64,000 nucleotides of DNA from assembly GCA_017469795.1 (NCBI GenBank), contig JAFUFT010000016.1, positions 16,555 through 80,554 on the forward strand, written 5' to 3'. A model generated the notes under the pieces. That model saw only the letters and a list, made by a program, of their open reading frames with translations. It made no database searches and had not been told where the DNA came from. This document shows positions 22,509 to 32,554 of this stretch, piece by piece. The stretch is from Oscillospiraceae bacterium. Lineage in GTDB: Bacteria > Bacillota > Clostridia > Oscillospirales > Oscillospiraceae. How positions within the stretch are numbered: position 1 is the stretch's first letter; every line of letters begins with the position of its first letter. The position numbers and the translations under genes were made by a program.

Positions 22509-23024
22509 TTATTCGCCCAGCTGATCTCCGTCTTTGGCGTCATCCACGCCCACATCTCTGGGGGCAATGATGATGACATTGCTGGAGGCCTTCTTGATGG
22601 AGCCGTCCAGCGCGAAGGCGCAGCCGCTGAGGAAGTCGATCACCCGGCGGGCCACCTGATCGTTGGTTTCCTCGCAGTTGAGGATCACTGTGTCACCCTG
22701 GCAGATGTGCTTGGCGATTGCAGTCGCCGCGTCGAACTCCTCCGGCTTGACCAGAACCACACGATATTTGGAGCTGTCTGCCACGCCGCCCATGGTAATG
22801 GGGGTGGGGATCTCATTGACGGAATAGCCGCCCATTCCGGTATTCACCGGGGCAGCGCCCATCGGATTGATCACAGGCTCCTGGGCAGGCTGTACGGGGG
22901 TCACGGGGCGGGTGTAAGAAGGCTCCACATCCACATCCACGTCCAGATCGCTGCCGTCGTCAATCAGCGTGTCGTCATCGTCGTAGGGCCGGGTCAGTTT
23001 TTTCAGTTCGTCCATAATGCTCAT
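22509..23024 (-). CDS. sepF: cell division protein SepF
   Basis: The track start (TTG at 23039) lies inside the SD sequence. The likely start is the ATG at 23024 (MSIMDELKK...), 8 nt after GGAGG. The conserved SepF core is YRVVLVKPEEFDAATAIAKHICQGDTVILNCEE...ARRVIDFLSG. Confidence 0.85.
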   Translation of the reverse strand: MSIMDELKKLTRPYDDDDTLIDDGSDLDVDVDVEPSYTRPVTPVQPAQEPVINPMGAAPVNTGMGGYSVNEIPTPITMGGVADSSKYRVVLVKPEEFDAATAIAKHICQGDTVILNCEETNDQVARRVIDFLSGCAFALDGSIKKASSNVIIIAPRDVGVDDAKDGDQLGE

Positions 23025-23040
23025 GACAGTGTCCTCCAAA

Positions 23041-23745
23041 TCATTTTTTTACGTATTGTCTCGCGCCAAAAATTCGAGTCCCTACACGGATCATCGTGGT
23101 TCCCTCTTTGATGGCGTCGGCAAAGTCGTCGCTCATACCCATCGATAGGTATTCTATGTTAGTATTATCGTATTTTTTTCGCTTTATGTCAACATAAAGC
23201 TGATACATTTTCGCAAAATATCTCAAATTTCCTCCGTTTTCCACCGCGATAGGCGGGATGGTCATAAACCCGCGAAGGCACAAATTGGGATATTCTTCCA
23301 TTTTGGCCGACATTTCGTCCGCCTGTTCCGGCAGAATGCCGCTCTTCGCGGTCTCTCCGCCGATATTCACCTCGATCAGGATATCCTGGACAACGCCCTT
23401 TTTTTCCGCCAGACGGTTGATCACCGCCATCAGCTCCGGCGAATCCACCGACTGGATCAGGTCGGCCACGCCAACCAGAAACTTCGCCTTGTTTTTCTGA
23501 AGATGTCCGATGAAGTGGAGGGGCGCGCCGGTATAGGCGCTCTGCTCGTTCTTCTCCACCAGTTCCTGAACCCGGTTTTCCCCGCAGGCATCCACGCCCG
23601 CGGCGATGGCCGCCCGCACCTGCTCAGCCCCGTTCATCTTCGTGGCGGCCAGCAGCTGCACCGAACCCTCCGGACGGCCTGCCTGGGCCTCTGCCCGGGC
23701 CATTTCCTCCCGGATCCGGGCCACATTTTCCGCGATCACATTCAT
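23041..23745 (-). CDS. yggS: YggS/YlmE family pyridoxal-phosphate homeostasis protein
   Basis: I trimmed the start to MNVIAENVARIRE... at 23745, after AGGAG. The ORF has an alanine-racemase-N fold with the lysine motif LLAATKMNG. It sits upstream of sepF, as in the ylm cluster. Confidence 0.85.
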   Translation of the reverse strand: MNVIAENVARIREEMARAEAQAGRPEGSVQLLAATKMNGAEQVRAAIAAGVDACGENRVQELVEKNEQSAYTGAPLHFIGHLQKNKAKFLVGVADLIQSVDSPELMAVINRLAEKKGVVQDILIEVNIGGETAKSGILPEQADEMSAKMEEYPNLCLRGFMTIPPIAVENGGNLRYFAKMYQLYVDIKRKKYDNTNIEYLSMGMSDDFADAIKEGTTMIRVGTRIFGARQYVKK

Positions 23746-23756
23746 TGCGCCATCTC

Positions 23757-24785
23757 CTATTGTCCGTCCAGAAGGATCTGATCCTCCGGCCACAGCGGTC
23801 CCTCCAGAGGATCCAATTCCACTACGACCGTCGATCCCAGCCGGCATCTGACCGAAACCGGCACAAACTGCGCCGCTTCGCCCTCCTGCCGCCACACGCC
23901 GGTTTTACCTCCCACAGTATATACCGCGGCGGCGGGAATTTCCAGTCCTGTTTTGCAATTTTCCAAAATTTTCATTTCCGTTTCCCGAATACCCGCTGCC
24001 TCCGCCGGCATCTCCCCGCAGGAGAGCAGCGCCGCGCCATCCCGGATCTCTTCCACCGACAGCGGCAACAGGCCGTCGTACCAGGGAAGCAGCCCGGTCA
24101 GAGTCTGCCCCGTCTCCACCGGGAACGGCAGCTCCGTCCGGAAATACCAGGTTTGTCCCAGGATCAGCTTCCCGGGAATGTCCTGGGGCGTCCCGGTTGG
24201 CAAGGACCAGCAGACCCACGGATTTTCCGGCGTCAGGACCATCTCCAGCCCGTCTGCCGACGTCGTAAAAACCCCAGCCTCCGGGGCGGTCAGAACCGTT
24301 TCCCCCTCTGCCGCTTCTTCGGACATCGGGAAATCCGCATTTCCGGATTCCCCCAGCAGGAGGGCGGTGAGTTTTTCCGCCGCCTCGATCCGGTCTTCGC
24401 CCTCCGTGCCGCCGTATCGGGCAGCCACCTCGTCAATGGATGCGCGGCGAGCCGTCAGGGTCAGTCCTGCGGCGCTCCGTCCGTCCCGCTGCAGCCGGGC
24501 CTGCCGCGTTGTCCGGAGATCGGGATCCCCGGACCGAAGCAGCGCCTGGCCCTTTCCGACCAGCGTTCCGTCCTTCATAACCGGACTCCAGTCCGCCTTG
24601 GGATCTGCCTGCAGCGGGAGTTCCCGGCGGATGAATACTCCGCGGACCCAGGCGCTTCTCCCCGTATAAAGCGTCCCGCTGACCGTTTCCGGCCGGCGGA
24701 ACTCCGTCAGGGACAGCAGCTGCGCGGCGCTCAGCACGATCAGCGCGCCCAGCATCCATCCCAGGATCGTCTTCTGTTTTCCCAT
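23757..24785 (-). CDS. membrane-anchored HlyD/efflux-adaptor-like barrel-sandwich protein (hypothetical)
   Basis: The 342-aa ORF follows the SD GAGGGG and has an N-terminal TM helix (ILGWMLGALIVLSAAQLL). It has a lipoyl-like segment (VMKDGTLVGKGQALL) and a beta-barrel-like C-terminus. The family assignment is tentative. Confidence 0.6.
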   Translation of the reverse strand: MGKQKTILGWMLGALIVLSAAQLLSLTEFRRPETVSGTLYTGRSAWVRGVFIRRELPLQADPKADWSPVMKDGTLVGKGQALLRSGDPDLRTTRQARLQRDGRSAAGLTLTARRASIDEVAARYGGTEGEDRIEAAEKLTALLLGESGNADFPMSEEAAEGETVLTAPEAGVFTTSADGLEMVLTPENPWVCWSLPTGTPQDIPGKLILGQTWYFRTELPFPVETGQTLTGLLPWYDGLLPLSVEEIRDGAALLSCGEMPAEAAGIRETEMKILENCKTGLEIPAAAVYTVGGKTGVWRQEGEAAQFVPVSVRCRLGSTVVVELDPLEGPLWPEDQILLDGQ

Positions 24786-24824
24786 GGCGTATCCCCTCTT
24801 CGGATCAGGTATGCGCCCATTGTA

Positions 24825-25766
24825 TCATGTCTCCCCGTCGAAAAAGGGAATTTGCCGCAGGGCCTCCGCCGCCACCGCTTCCGGGTCCGGCGGATCGCCT
24901 TGGAGAATCCAGTGAATCTTTTCGTTCCGCCGGAACCAGGTCAGCTGACGCTTGGCGTAGCGGCGGGATCCGCGCTTGACCTCCTCGGCGGCCTCTTCAG
25001 GTGTCCGCTTCCCCTCCAGCACAGGTAGGAACTCCTTGTATCCGATGGCCTGCAGAGCGGTGGCTGTCCGGGGAACGCCCCGGTCCAACAGGCTCCGGAT
25101 CTCCTCCAGAAGGCCCTGTTCCAGCATCCGGTCCACCCGCCGGTCGATACGGCGGTACAGCGCCGCCCGGTCGGCAAAGCTCAGTCCCAGCCAGACCGGA
25201 TCATACCTGGACGGCACCTTCTGCGTCTCGAGATTGTGGGCAGTAATGGTCCTGCCGGTCTCCTCATAGACCTCCAAGGCCCGGAGGATCCGTTTCCGGT
25301 CGCTCAGGTGCAGCCGGTCCGCACTGTCCGGGTCCACCTGCCGGAGCCGATCGAGCATATGCTCCATCCCCAGCCGGTCCGCCTCTGCCTCCAGCGCTTC
25401 CCGTTTTCCCGTGGCGGGACAGGGCGCGAAGGCCCGGCCCTGGATCAGCGCATCCACGTAAAGGCCGGTGCCCCCGGCAATGACGGCAGTCTTCCTCCGG
25501 GAGAGAATATCCCGGAGGATCGGGTCTGCCATCTCCACAAACCGGGCGGCAGAGAAGGCCTCGGCCGGGTCCGCCACATCGATCATGTGATGCCGGATCC
25601 CGTCCATCTCCCCGGTGGTCACCTTGGCGGTGCCCACATCCATGCCCCGGTAGATCTGCATGGAGTCCGCGGAGATTACCTCGCCCCGGAGCTTTTTTGC
25701 CAGGGCAACGGACAGCGCCGTCTTTCCGGAGGCGGTGGGCCCCACGATCACAACGATCCGATCCAT
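24825..25766 (-). CDS. miaA: tRNA dimethylallyltransferase
   Basis: The 313-aa ORF has the P-loop VIVGPTASGKTALS and the motifs SADSMQIYRGMDVGTAK and RRYAKRQLTWFR. Confidence 0.92.
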   Translation of the reverse strand: MDRIVVIVGPTASGKTALSVALAKKLRGEVISADSMQIYRGMDVGTAKVTTGEMDGIRHHMIDVADPAEAFSAARFVEMADPILRDILSRRKTAVIAGGTGLYVDALIQGRAFAPCPATGKREALEAEADRLGMEHMLDRLRQVDPDSADRLHLSDRKRILRALEVYEETGRTITAHNLETQKVPSRYDPVWLGLSFADRAALYRRIDRRVDRMLEQGLLEEIRSLLDRGVPRTATALQAIGYKEFLPVLEGKRTPEEAAEEVKRGSRRYAKRQLTWFRRNEKIHWILQGDPPDPEAVAAEALRQIPFFDGET

Positions 25767-25767
25767 A

Positions 25768-26598
25768 TCAGCGGGTGATCAGGAAGATCAGCAGCACCAG
25801 CGCTCCCAGCACGATGCGGTAGACGCCGAACAGGGAAAAGCTGTGTTTTTTCACATAGTTCATCAGGCCGCGGATGGCAAGCAGGGACACCACGAAGGCC
25901 ACCAGGCTCGCCAGGATCAGGCTGACCACCTCGCCGCCGGACATGGCATTGCCTTCGGCGATGAACTTCACCGCCTTGAGAAGGCTCGCCCCCAGCATGG
26001 TGGGGATGGCCAAGAAGAAGGAGAACTCCGCACCCGCCGTCCGGCTCAGTCCCAGCAGGATCGCGCCCAGGATCGTTGCCCCGGACCGGGAGGTGCCGGG
26101 GATCAGCGCCAGCACCTGGAACCCGCCGATCATCAGCGCCGTTCTGTAGTCGATCTGATCCACCGTCCGGATCTTCGGCTTCACGCCCTCGTTGCGCTTT
26201 TCCACCAGGATGAAGGCCGCGCCGTAGAGGATCAGCATAATGGCCACCACAATATGGTTGTAGAGGTGCTCGTCCATCCAGTCGTCCAGCAGGAATCCCA
26301 GCACCGCAGAGGGGATCACAGCCACGACCACCTTGAACCAGAGGGTCCAGGTGCGTTTTTTCTGCGCCTCGTCCTTCCGGGGCGAGAAGGGATTGAGCTT
26401 GTGGAAGAACAGCACGATCACCGCCAGGATCGCCCCCAGCTGGATCACCACGTCGAACATTTCCATGAACGCCTCCGTGGCGTTGAGCGGCAGGATCTGC
26501 TCCAGCAGGATCAGATGGCCCGTGGAGCTGATGGGCAGCCATTCGGTGATACCCTCCACGATCCCGTAAATGATGGCTTTCAGGATTTCCAGAATCAT
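25768..26598 (-). CDS. uppP: undecaprenyl-diphosphate phosphatase
   Basis: The 276-aa polytopic ORF has the BacA motifs [15 protein letters not shown] and [10 protein letters not shown]. Confidence 0.92.
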   Translation of the reverse strand: MILEILKAIIYGIVEGITEWLPISSTGHLILLEQILPLNATEAFMEMFDVVIQLGAILAVIVLFFHKLNPFSPRKDEAQKKRTWTLWFKVVVAVIPSAVLGFLLDDWMDEHLYNHIVVAIMLILYGAAFILVEKRNEGVKPKIRTVDQIDYRTALMIGGFQVLALIPGTSRSGATILGAILLGLSRTAGAEFSFFLAIPTMLGASLLKAVKFIAEGNAMSGGEVVSLILASLVAFVVSLLAIRGLMNYVKKHSFSLFGVYRIVLGALVLLIFLITR

Positions 26599-26614
26599 CT
26601 TGCGCCCTCCTTAT

Positions 26615-28591
26615 TTATGCTCGTTTGAACTGCCGTTCCAGATGGCCCCGGGTGATGGTAATGCACACGGGCCTTCCGTGGGGGCAGTATTTGATGTCGT
26701 CCCGGCGCATCAGCTCCGCCACCAGCGCCGCAAGCTCCCGGGGATCGGTCTTTCTCCCGCCCTTGATGGCGGCCTTGCAGGCCACCGTGTGGAGCATCTC
26801 GTCGAATACTGTATCCGGATCCAGCTTTTTTCCGTTTATGAGATCGGAGGCCAGCTGGGACAGCGTCGCCTCCGCGTCCTTCTCGTCGATGTCCGCAGGG
26901 ATGGCCCGCACCAGCAGCGTGTCCCCGCCGAAATCCTCCACCGTAAAGCCGAGACGGGAAAGCAGTCCTGCCTGCTCCAGCAGCACCGCGCTCTCCTCCC
27001 GGCCCAGGCTGGTCTGGACAGGCGCCAGGAGCATCTGGGACATGATTTCATGATCCTGGGCCCGGAACTTTTCAAACAAGATCCGCTCGTGGGCCGCGTG
27101 TTTGTCGAACAGCAGCAGCTCGTCCCCTTGCTCCACAATAATATATGTGTCCATGGTCTGGCCGATGATCCGGTAGGGGACCGATTCCGCTTTGGTCTCC
27201 ACGATCTCCTCTTTGGGCGTTTCCGGCACTGCCGGCACGGGAACAGGCGGCAAGTCCATGGCGGTCTGCTCCGGCGCAGAGAGGATCTCCGGCATAGGAG
27301 CCGCTTCTGCAGGCTCCTGACGCGGGGCTGCGGTCTCCAGCATGGGAGACGCCGGGGGGATCGGGGCGCTGCCCGCAGGGGTCGGCGCAAGACGGGCGCT
27401 ATCCCGCAGGGATGCGGCGGGCGCCCGTTCGGCCCGCTGCTGCAGGATCCCCAGGAACTCCCGCGCGGATTTCTGATCGGTCCGGTTCAGGGTGGATCGC
27501 TCCGGCTCCTGTTTGGCCCGGTACTGCTCCGCGGTCATGGTCTGATAAAAGCTGTTCTGGGGCTTTGCCGTCTGCTTCGGAATCGTCATCTCCGGACGGT
27601 CCGGGGTGCGGCTCAGGGCGCCCAGAACAATATAGTGGATGGCGTCGAACACGTCCCCCTCCCGGAGGAACTTCACCTCAGTTTTGGCAGGGTGGACGTT
27701 CACGTCCACCGCTGTAGGCGCCACCGTAATATGCAGCACGCAGATGGGGAACCGGCCCACCATCATCTGGTTTTTATAGGCTTCCTCCAGGGCCGCCGCC
27801 ATCATCTTGGATCTGACGTACCGTCCGTTGACAAAGAAGTGCTGATAGCTGCGGCTGCCCCGGTTGGCCGTGGGTTTCCCCACGAAGCCTTGAACTGTCA
27901 CGCCGTCGGAGCTGCCCCGGACCTCCACCATCTCCTTCGCCGCCTGACGGCCCATGGCCGCGTAGATGGCCGACAGGAGCTTCCCGTCCCCGGGGGTGGA
28001 CAGCTCCGGCTTGCCGTCCCGGATGAAGCGGAAGGCGATCTCCGGATGGGAAAGGGCCTGTCGCTGGACCGCCCCGGCGATATAGCTGCCCTCCACGCTG
28101 TCCCGCTTGAGGAATTTCATGCGGGCGGGGGTATTGTAGAACAGATCCCGCACAATGATGGTGGTTCCGTCCGGGCAACCTGCCGGGGACACGTCCAGCA
28201 CGTTCCCCGCCTCCACCCGTACGGAGGTCCCCGCTTCGGCATCAGCGGTCTTGGTCAGCAGATCGATCCTGCTGACGGCACTGATGGCCGCCAGCGCTTC
28301 GCCCCGGAAGCCCATGGTCACGATCTCATTGAGGTCTTCCGCCCGGGAGATCTTGGATGTGGCGTGACGCAGGAAGGCCGTGGGCGCGTCCTCAGGGCTC
28401 ATGCCCGAGCCGTTATCCGTGACCCGCATGAAGGTAATGCCGCCGTTCTTGATTTCCACGATGATCTGGGTGGCGCCTGCGTCGATGGCGTTTTCCACCA
28501 GTTCCTTGATGACAGAGGCCGGGCGTTCCACCACCTCGCCGGCGGCGATCATGTCCGCCAGATTCGGCGAGAGCTTATGTATTTTTCCCAT
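26615..28591 (-). CDS. mutL: DNA mismatch repair protein MutL
   Basis: I trimmed the start to MGKIHKLSPNLADMIAAGEVVERPASVIKELVENAIDAGA at 28591. The ORF has the GHKL ATPase N-terminus, a proline-rich linker and a C-terminal endonuclease-type domain. Confidence 0.92.
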   Translation of the reverse strand: MGKIHKLSPNLADMIAAGEVVERPASVIKELVENAIDAGATQIIVEIKNGGITFMRVTDNGSGMSPEDAPTAFLRHATSKISRAEDLNEIVTMGFRGEALAAISAVSRIDLLTKTADAEAGTSVRVEAGNVLDVSPAGCPDGTTIIVRDLFYNTPARMKFLKRDSVEGSYIAGAVQRQALSHPEIAFRFIRDGKPELSTPGDGKLLSAIYAAMGRQAAKEMVEVRGSSDGVTVQGFVGKPTANRGSRSYQHFFVNGRYVRSKMMAAALEEAYKNQMMVGRFPICVLHITVAPTAVDVNVHPAKTEVKFLREGDVFDAIHYIVLGALSRTPDRPEMTIPKQTAKPQNSFYQTMTAEQYRAKQEPERSTLNRTDQKSAREFLGILQQRAERAPAASLRDSARLAPTPAGSAPIPPASPMLETAAPRQEPAEAAPMPEILSAPEQTAMDLPPVPVPAVPETPKEEIVETKAESVPYRIIGQTMDTYIIVEQGDELLLFDKHAAHERILFEKFRAQDHEIMSQMLLAPVQTSLGREESAVLLEQAGLLSRLGFTVEDFGGDTLLVRAIPADIDEKDAEATLSQLASDLINGKKLDPDTVFDEMLHTVACKAAIKGGRKTDPRELAALVAELMRRDDIKYCPHGRPVCITITRGHLERQFKRA

Positions 28592-28721
28592 GATTATCAC
28601 CTTGATTCTTTGGGTTCTGATGTGGTTAATTGGAGTTTGTAGGGGTTTTGATTTTCTTGGACGCCAACTGGCGCCGCCGAAGACTTCCCTGAAAGAACTC
28701 CACAAACTCCGATTTGTATGG

Positions 28722-29198
28722 CTATTCGTATTCGGTTCTGATTGTGAACTGCTCTGGCAGATTGAAAATACTTGTTTTTAGAAAGATCGGATAGAAGTAC
28801 TCATCCCGTAAGCGTTCAAATGCAAGCCATTCAAAGTCGTGTTTATGCTGTCTCTCATGGAGTGTAAATCTTTCACCCTTTTCCAACAGCCCTGTTTCGG
28901 ATATGTTCATCAAATAGTAGATACAGATTTCATGATAGTTCAGATTATCGACATCTTCCTTGAAAAAGCTCTGATTCAGCCATAGAGGACGAATGATTTG
29001 GGGCGTGATATTCAGTTCTTCTTCCACTTCTCTGACAACGGCATGTTCCGCAGTTTCTCCCATCTGGACTCTGCCTCCGGGTAAATAGAAGTAGGGAGAG
29101 CGTTCGTCCTGCATTGCCAGAATTCTATTGTTTGAGATCATTACAGCGCAGACCCTATAATTGAACTTTTCTTGTCCAGATACATATGCAATATCCAT
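28722..29198 (-). CDS. NUDIX hydrolase (low-G+C cassette)
   Basis: The 158-aa ORF follows the SD GAGGTG and has the Nudix box GGRVQMGETAEHAVVREVEEELN. Two 60-nt lines inside the gene count 35% and 45% G+C, against about 63% in the neighbouring genes. Confidence 0.8.
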   Translation of the reverse strand: MDIAYVSGQEKFNYRVCAVMISNNRILAMQDERSPYFYLPGGRVQMGETAEHAVVREVEEELNITPQIIRPLWLNQSFFKEDVDNLNYHEICIYYLMNISETGLLEKGERFTLHERQHKHDFEWLAFERLRDEYFYPIFLKTSIFNLPEQFTIRTEYE

Positions 29199-29244
29199 TT
29201 ATCACACCTCAAAAAGCTCCAATTTGTCCTCCAAAAACGATCGC

Positions 29245-29940
29245 TCAGCCTCTCAGCGCCAGCATCCCGATCCCGTTGATCACCGCGTGCACCAGCACCG
29301 GCGTCCAGATTGTCCCGCCCAGCTCATAGGACGCGCAGAGGGCCATACTCGGCAGGACATACAGCAGCCCGTTCAGCACGGCCGTCCCAGCGTCCATCTC
29401 CGGGAGGTACGGCACAAGATGCATCCCGGCAAACACCAGCGCCGTGATGGCATACGCCGCCGGGCGGCTCTTCTCCCGCAGAGACCCGAACAGCACGCCC
29501 CGCAGAAGCGTTTCCTCGGTCAGTGGCGTCAGCAGCACCGTCGCTGCCAGCATCATTGGGAAATTCTCCACAGTCAGGGATGCGATCACCTGATCGTTGG
29601 GGGATGCCAGTTCCGGAGCGAACCGTTCAAAGACGACCCCTGCGCCCACCTGGGCCACCGCGTACAGGCACCAGCCAAACACCGCGCCGCGAATCAGCCG
29701 TCCCGGCTCCCGGGCCGCCGCGGCGAGAGAATCCCGCAGGAACCGCCACAGGAGGGCCACGGTGATCAGAAATCCGGCGATATAGAACACCTTGTTCCGG
29801 GTCAGGCTGTCGCCGGGCAGGCCCAGCGACCTGAGAAGGAGGGAAACCGCGCTGCCCATCAGGAAGACATAGGCGGCCAGCCACACCAGTCCGGCGATCT
29901 TCTCCCAGAGCCGGAGCGCCACGGGAAAGGGCCGTTTCAT
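29245..29940 (-). CDS. CPBP family intramembrane glutamic endopeptidase (CAAX/Abi-type)
   Basis: The 231-aa polytopic ORF has the motifs EETLLRG, FAGMH and HAVINGIG. Its start overlaps the mutS stop by 4 nt. Confidence 0.8.
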   Translation of the reverse strand: MKRPFPVALRLWEKIAGLVWLAAYVFLMGSAVSLLLRSLGLPGDSLTRNKVFYIAGFLITVALLWRFLRDSLAAAAREPGRLIRGAVFGWCLYAVAQVGAGVVFERFAPELASPNDQVIASLTVENFPMMLAATVLLTPLTEETLLRGVLFGSLREKSRPAAYAITALVFAGMHLVPYLPEMDAGTAVLNGLLYVLPSMALCASYELGGTIWTPVLVHAVINGIGMLALRG

Positions 29941-32552
29941 CCCATATCCTCCGCCATTTTCTTCAGTTCAAAGAGAATATTCAGGGCCTCTATGGGCGTC
30001 AGCGTCTCGATGGTGATCCCCCGGAGTTTTTCGGCGATCTGTCCGCCGCCCACGTCCAGCAGACTCACCTGCTCCTCGGCAGGGACCGTCTTCACCGCAG
30101 GGGTCATCGGCGAAGCGCCGGACTCCAGCTCCCGGAGGATCTGTCTGGCCCGGGTCACCACCTTGTCCGGAATCCCAGCCAGCCTCGCCACCTCGATGCC
30201 GAAGCTGCCGTCTCCTGCCCCCGGCACGATCTTCCGCAGGAAGATCACGTCCTCGCCCCGCTTTTTCACAGCGATATTGTAGTTCTTCAGTCCCTGGATC
30301 TCTCCCTCCATGGCCGTCAGTTCATGATAGTGGGTGGCAAAGAGCACCTTGGCGCCCATCTTCCGGGGATTGGCGCAGTGCTCCAGCACCGCCCGGGCGA
30401 TGGCCATGCCGTCAAAGGTGGAGGTGCCGCGCCCGATCTCGTCCAGGATCAGCAGGCTCCGGGAGGTGGCGTGGCGCAGGATCTCCGACACCTCGCTCAT
30501 CTCCACCATGAAGGTGGACTGTCCCGCGGCCAGGTCGTCCGAGGCCCCGATCCGGGTGAACACCCGGTCGCAGATGCCGATCCGGGCGGAGCGCGCCGGC
30601 ACAAAGGAACCGATCTGTGCCATGAGCACCATCAGCGCCACCTGCCGCATATAGGTGGATTTTCCCGCCATATTGGGGCCAGTGATGATGGCCACCCGGC
30701 TGTCCTTCACCCCGATGTGGGTGTCGTTCGGCACGAAAAGGGAGTCCTTCAGCATCCGTTCCACCACCGGATGCCGGCCATCCACGATGTGGATCTCGTC
30801 GGACAGATCCACCTCCGGCCGGGTATATCCGTAGCTCTCCGCCGTCTCGGCCAGGGCGCACAGCACGTCCGCCGCGGCCACGGCGCCGCAGGTGCTCTGC
30901 ACCCGGGGCGCATGCTCGGCCACGTAGCCCCGGAGCCGGGTGAACACCTCGTATTCCAGCGCGGTGATCCGGTCCTTGGCTCCAAGGATGGTGGCCTCCA
31001 GCTCCTTGAGTTCCTGGGTGATGTAGCGCTCGCAGTTGGCCAGGGTCTGCTTGCGGATGTATTCCTCGGGCACCTGGCCCTGATAGGATTTGGAAACTTC
31101 GATATAGTAGCCGAAGACCCGGTTGTATCCCACCTTCAGCTTGGGGATCCCGGTCCTTTCCCGCTCGGCGGCCTCGATAGAGGCAAGGGTCCCTTTGCCC
31201 CCGGACATGATGTCCCGGAGCCGGTCGATCTCGGCATCGTAGCCCTCCCGGATCATGCCGCCCTCCCGAACGGTGAAGGGGGGATCGTCCACGATGGCCC
31301 GGGAAAGCTCTCCGCACAGATCCTCCAGCGGGTCCAGGTCCCGCTCCAGTTCCGCGAGCATGGGGGATTTCAGCTCCTGCAGCTGCGCCTTGAGCGCCGG
31401 CAGGTACGCCATGGCCCCCGCCATGCTGAGAAGGTCCCGGGCGTTGGCGGTGCCGGCCACGATCCGACCCATGCTCCGCTCCATATCCGAGATCTCCCGC
31501 ATCGTCAGCTGCAGCTCCTGGCGCTCCATGGAGTGATCCACCAGCTCCTGCACCGCGCCGCTGCGCCGCTGGATCTTCGCCGGGGAAAGCAGCGGCTTTT
31601 CCAGCCAGCTTCGGAGCATCCGGCCGCCCATAGCGGTCCTGGTCTTGTCCAGGACCCACAGCAGGCTGCCCCGCTTCTCCTGATTCCGCATGGTCTCCGT
31701 CAGCTCCAGGTTCCGCCGGGCGGAAAGATCCAACTCCATGAACTCCCCGGAGACGTAATAGCTGAGCTTGTTGATATGGCACAGCTCTGACTTCTCGATC
31801 TCCCGCAAATGCAGGATCAGTCCTCCGCAGGCCAGAACCGCCGCGGCACTCTCGCCCAGGCCCAGTTCTCCCAGGTCCGTCCCGCCGAACTGCTGCAGCA
31901 CCATGGCCTCGTCCTCCTCCCGGGAGAACAGGGCGCTGCCGCCGGTCTGCACGGCGCAGCCGATCCGCTCCTTCAGCGCCGCCGTCAGCTCTTTCCGCTT
32001 CGCGGCCTCCGGCTCCAGCAGCGCCTCCGCCGGGGAAAAGCGTCCCAGCTCGTTGATGATCTTCTGCAGGCCCGGCTCGCCCTTTCCGTCCGTGGCGTAA
32101 AAGGCGCCGGTGGAGATATCGCAGAACGCCACAGCCCAGCCGTCCTCCGCTGCGGCAACGCAGGCGATATAGTTGTTCCGGCCCTCCTCCAGCATGGAGC
32201 TCTCCGTGACGGTGCCGGGGGTGATGATCCGGGTGATCTCCCGTTTCACCAGGCCCTTGGCCAGCGCCGGGTCCTCCATCTGCTCGCAGATGGCCACATT
32301 GTATCCCTTGGAAACCAGTCTAGCGATATATCCCTCACAGCTGTGATAGGGCACGCCGCACATGGGCACCTGATCCTCCGCGGACTTGTTCCGGTCCCGG
32401 GTGGTCAGGGTCAGATCCAGCTCTTTGGAGGCCAGCTTGGCGTCCTCCAGAAACATCTCGTAAAAATCTCCCAGCCGGAAGAACAGGATGCAATCCTGGT
32501 TCTGTTCCTTGATTTCCAGATATTGCTTCATCATGGGGGTGATTTCCGCCAT
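29937..32552 (-). CDS. mutS: DNA mismatch repair protein MutS
   Basis: I trimmed the start to MAEITPMMKQYLEIKEQNQDCILFFRLGDFYEMF at 32552, 3 nt after the miaB stop. The ORF has a Walker A motif (GPNMAGKSTYMRQ) and the motifs DEIGRGTSTFDG and THYHEL. Confidence 0.95.
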   Translation of the reverse strand: MAEITPMMKQYLEIKEQNQDCILFFRLGDFYEMFLEDAKLASKELDLTLTTRDRNKSAEDQVPMCGVPYHSCEGYIARLVSKGYNVAICEQMEDPALAKGLVKREITRIITPGTVTESSMLEEGRNNYIACVAAAEDGWAVAFCDISTGAFYATDGKGEPGLQKIINELGRFSPAEALLEPEAAKRKELTAALKERIGCAVQTGGSALFSREEDEAMVLQQFGGTDLGELGLGESAAAVLACGGLILHLREIEKSELCHINKLSYYVSGEFMELDLSARRNLELTETMRNQEKRGSLLWVLDKTRTAMGGRMLRSWLEKPLLSPAKIQRRSGAVQELVDHSMERQELQLTMREISDMERSMGRIVAGTANARDLLSMAGAMAYLPALKAQLQELKSPMLAELERDLDPLEDLCGELSRAIVDDPPFTVREGGMIREGYDAEIDRLRDIMSGGKGTLASIEAAERERTGIPKLKVGYNRVFGYYIEVSKSYQGQVPEEYIRKQTLANCERYITQELKELEATILGAKDRITALEYEVFTRLRGYVAEHAPRVQSTCGAVAAADVLCALAETAESYGYTRPEVDLSDEIHIVDGRHPVVERMLKDSLFVPNDTHIGVKDSRVAIITGPNMAGKSTYMRQVALMVLMAQIGSFVPARSARIGICDRVFTRIGASDDLAAGQSTFMVEMSEVSEILRHATSRSLLILDEIGRGTSTFDGMAIARAVLEHCANPRKMGAKVLFATHYHELTAMEGEIQGLKNYNIAVKKRGEDVIFLRKIVPGAGDGSFGIEVARLAGIPDKVVTRARQILRELESGASPMTPAVKTVPAEEQVSLLDVGGGQIAEKLRGITIETLTPIEALNILFELKKMAEDMG

Positions 32553-32554
32553 GG

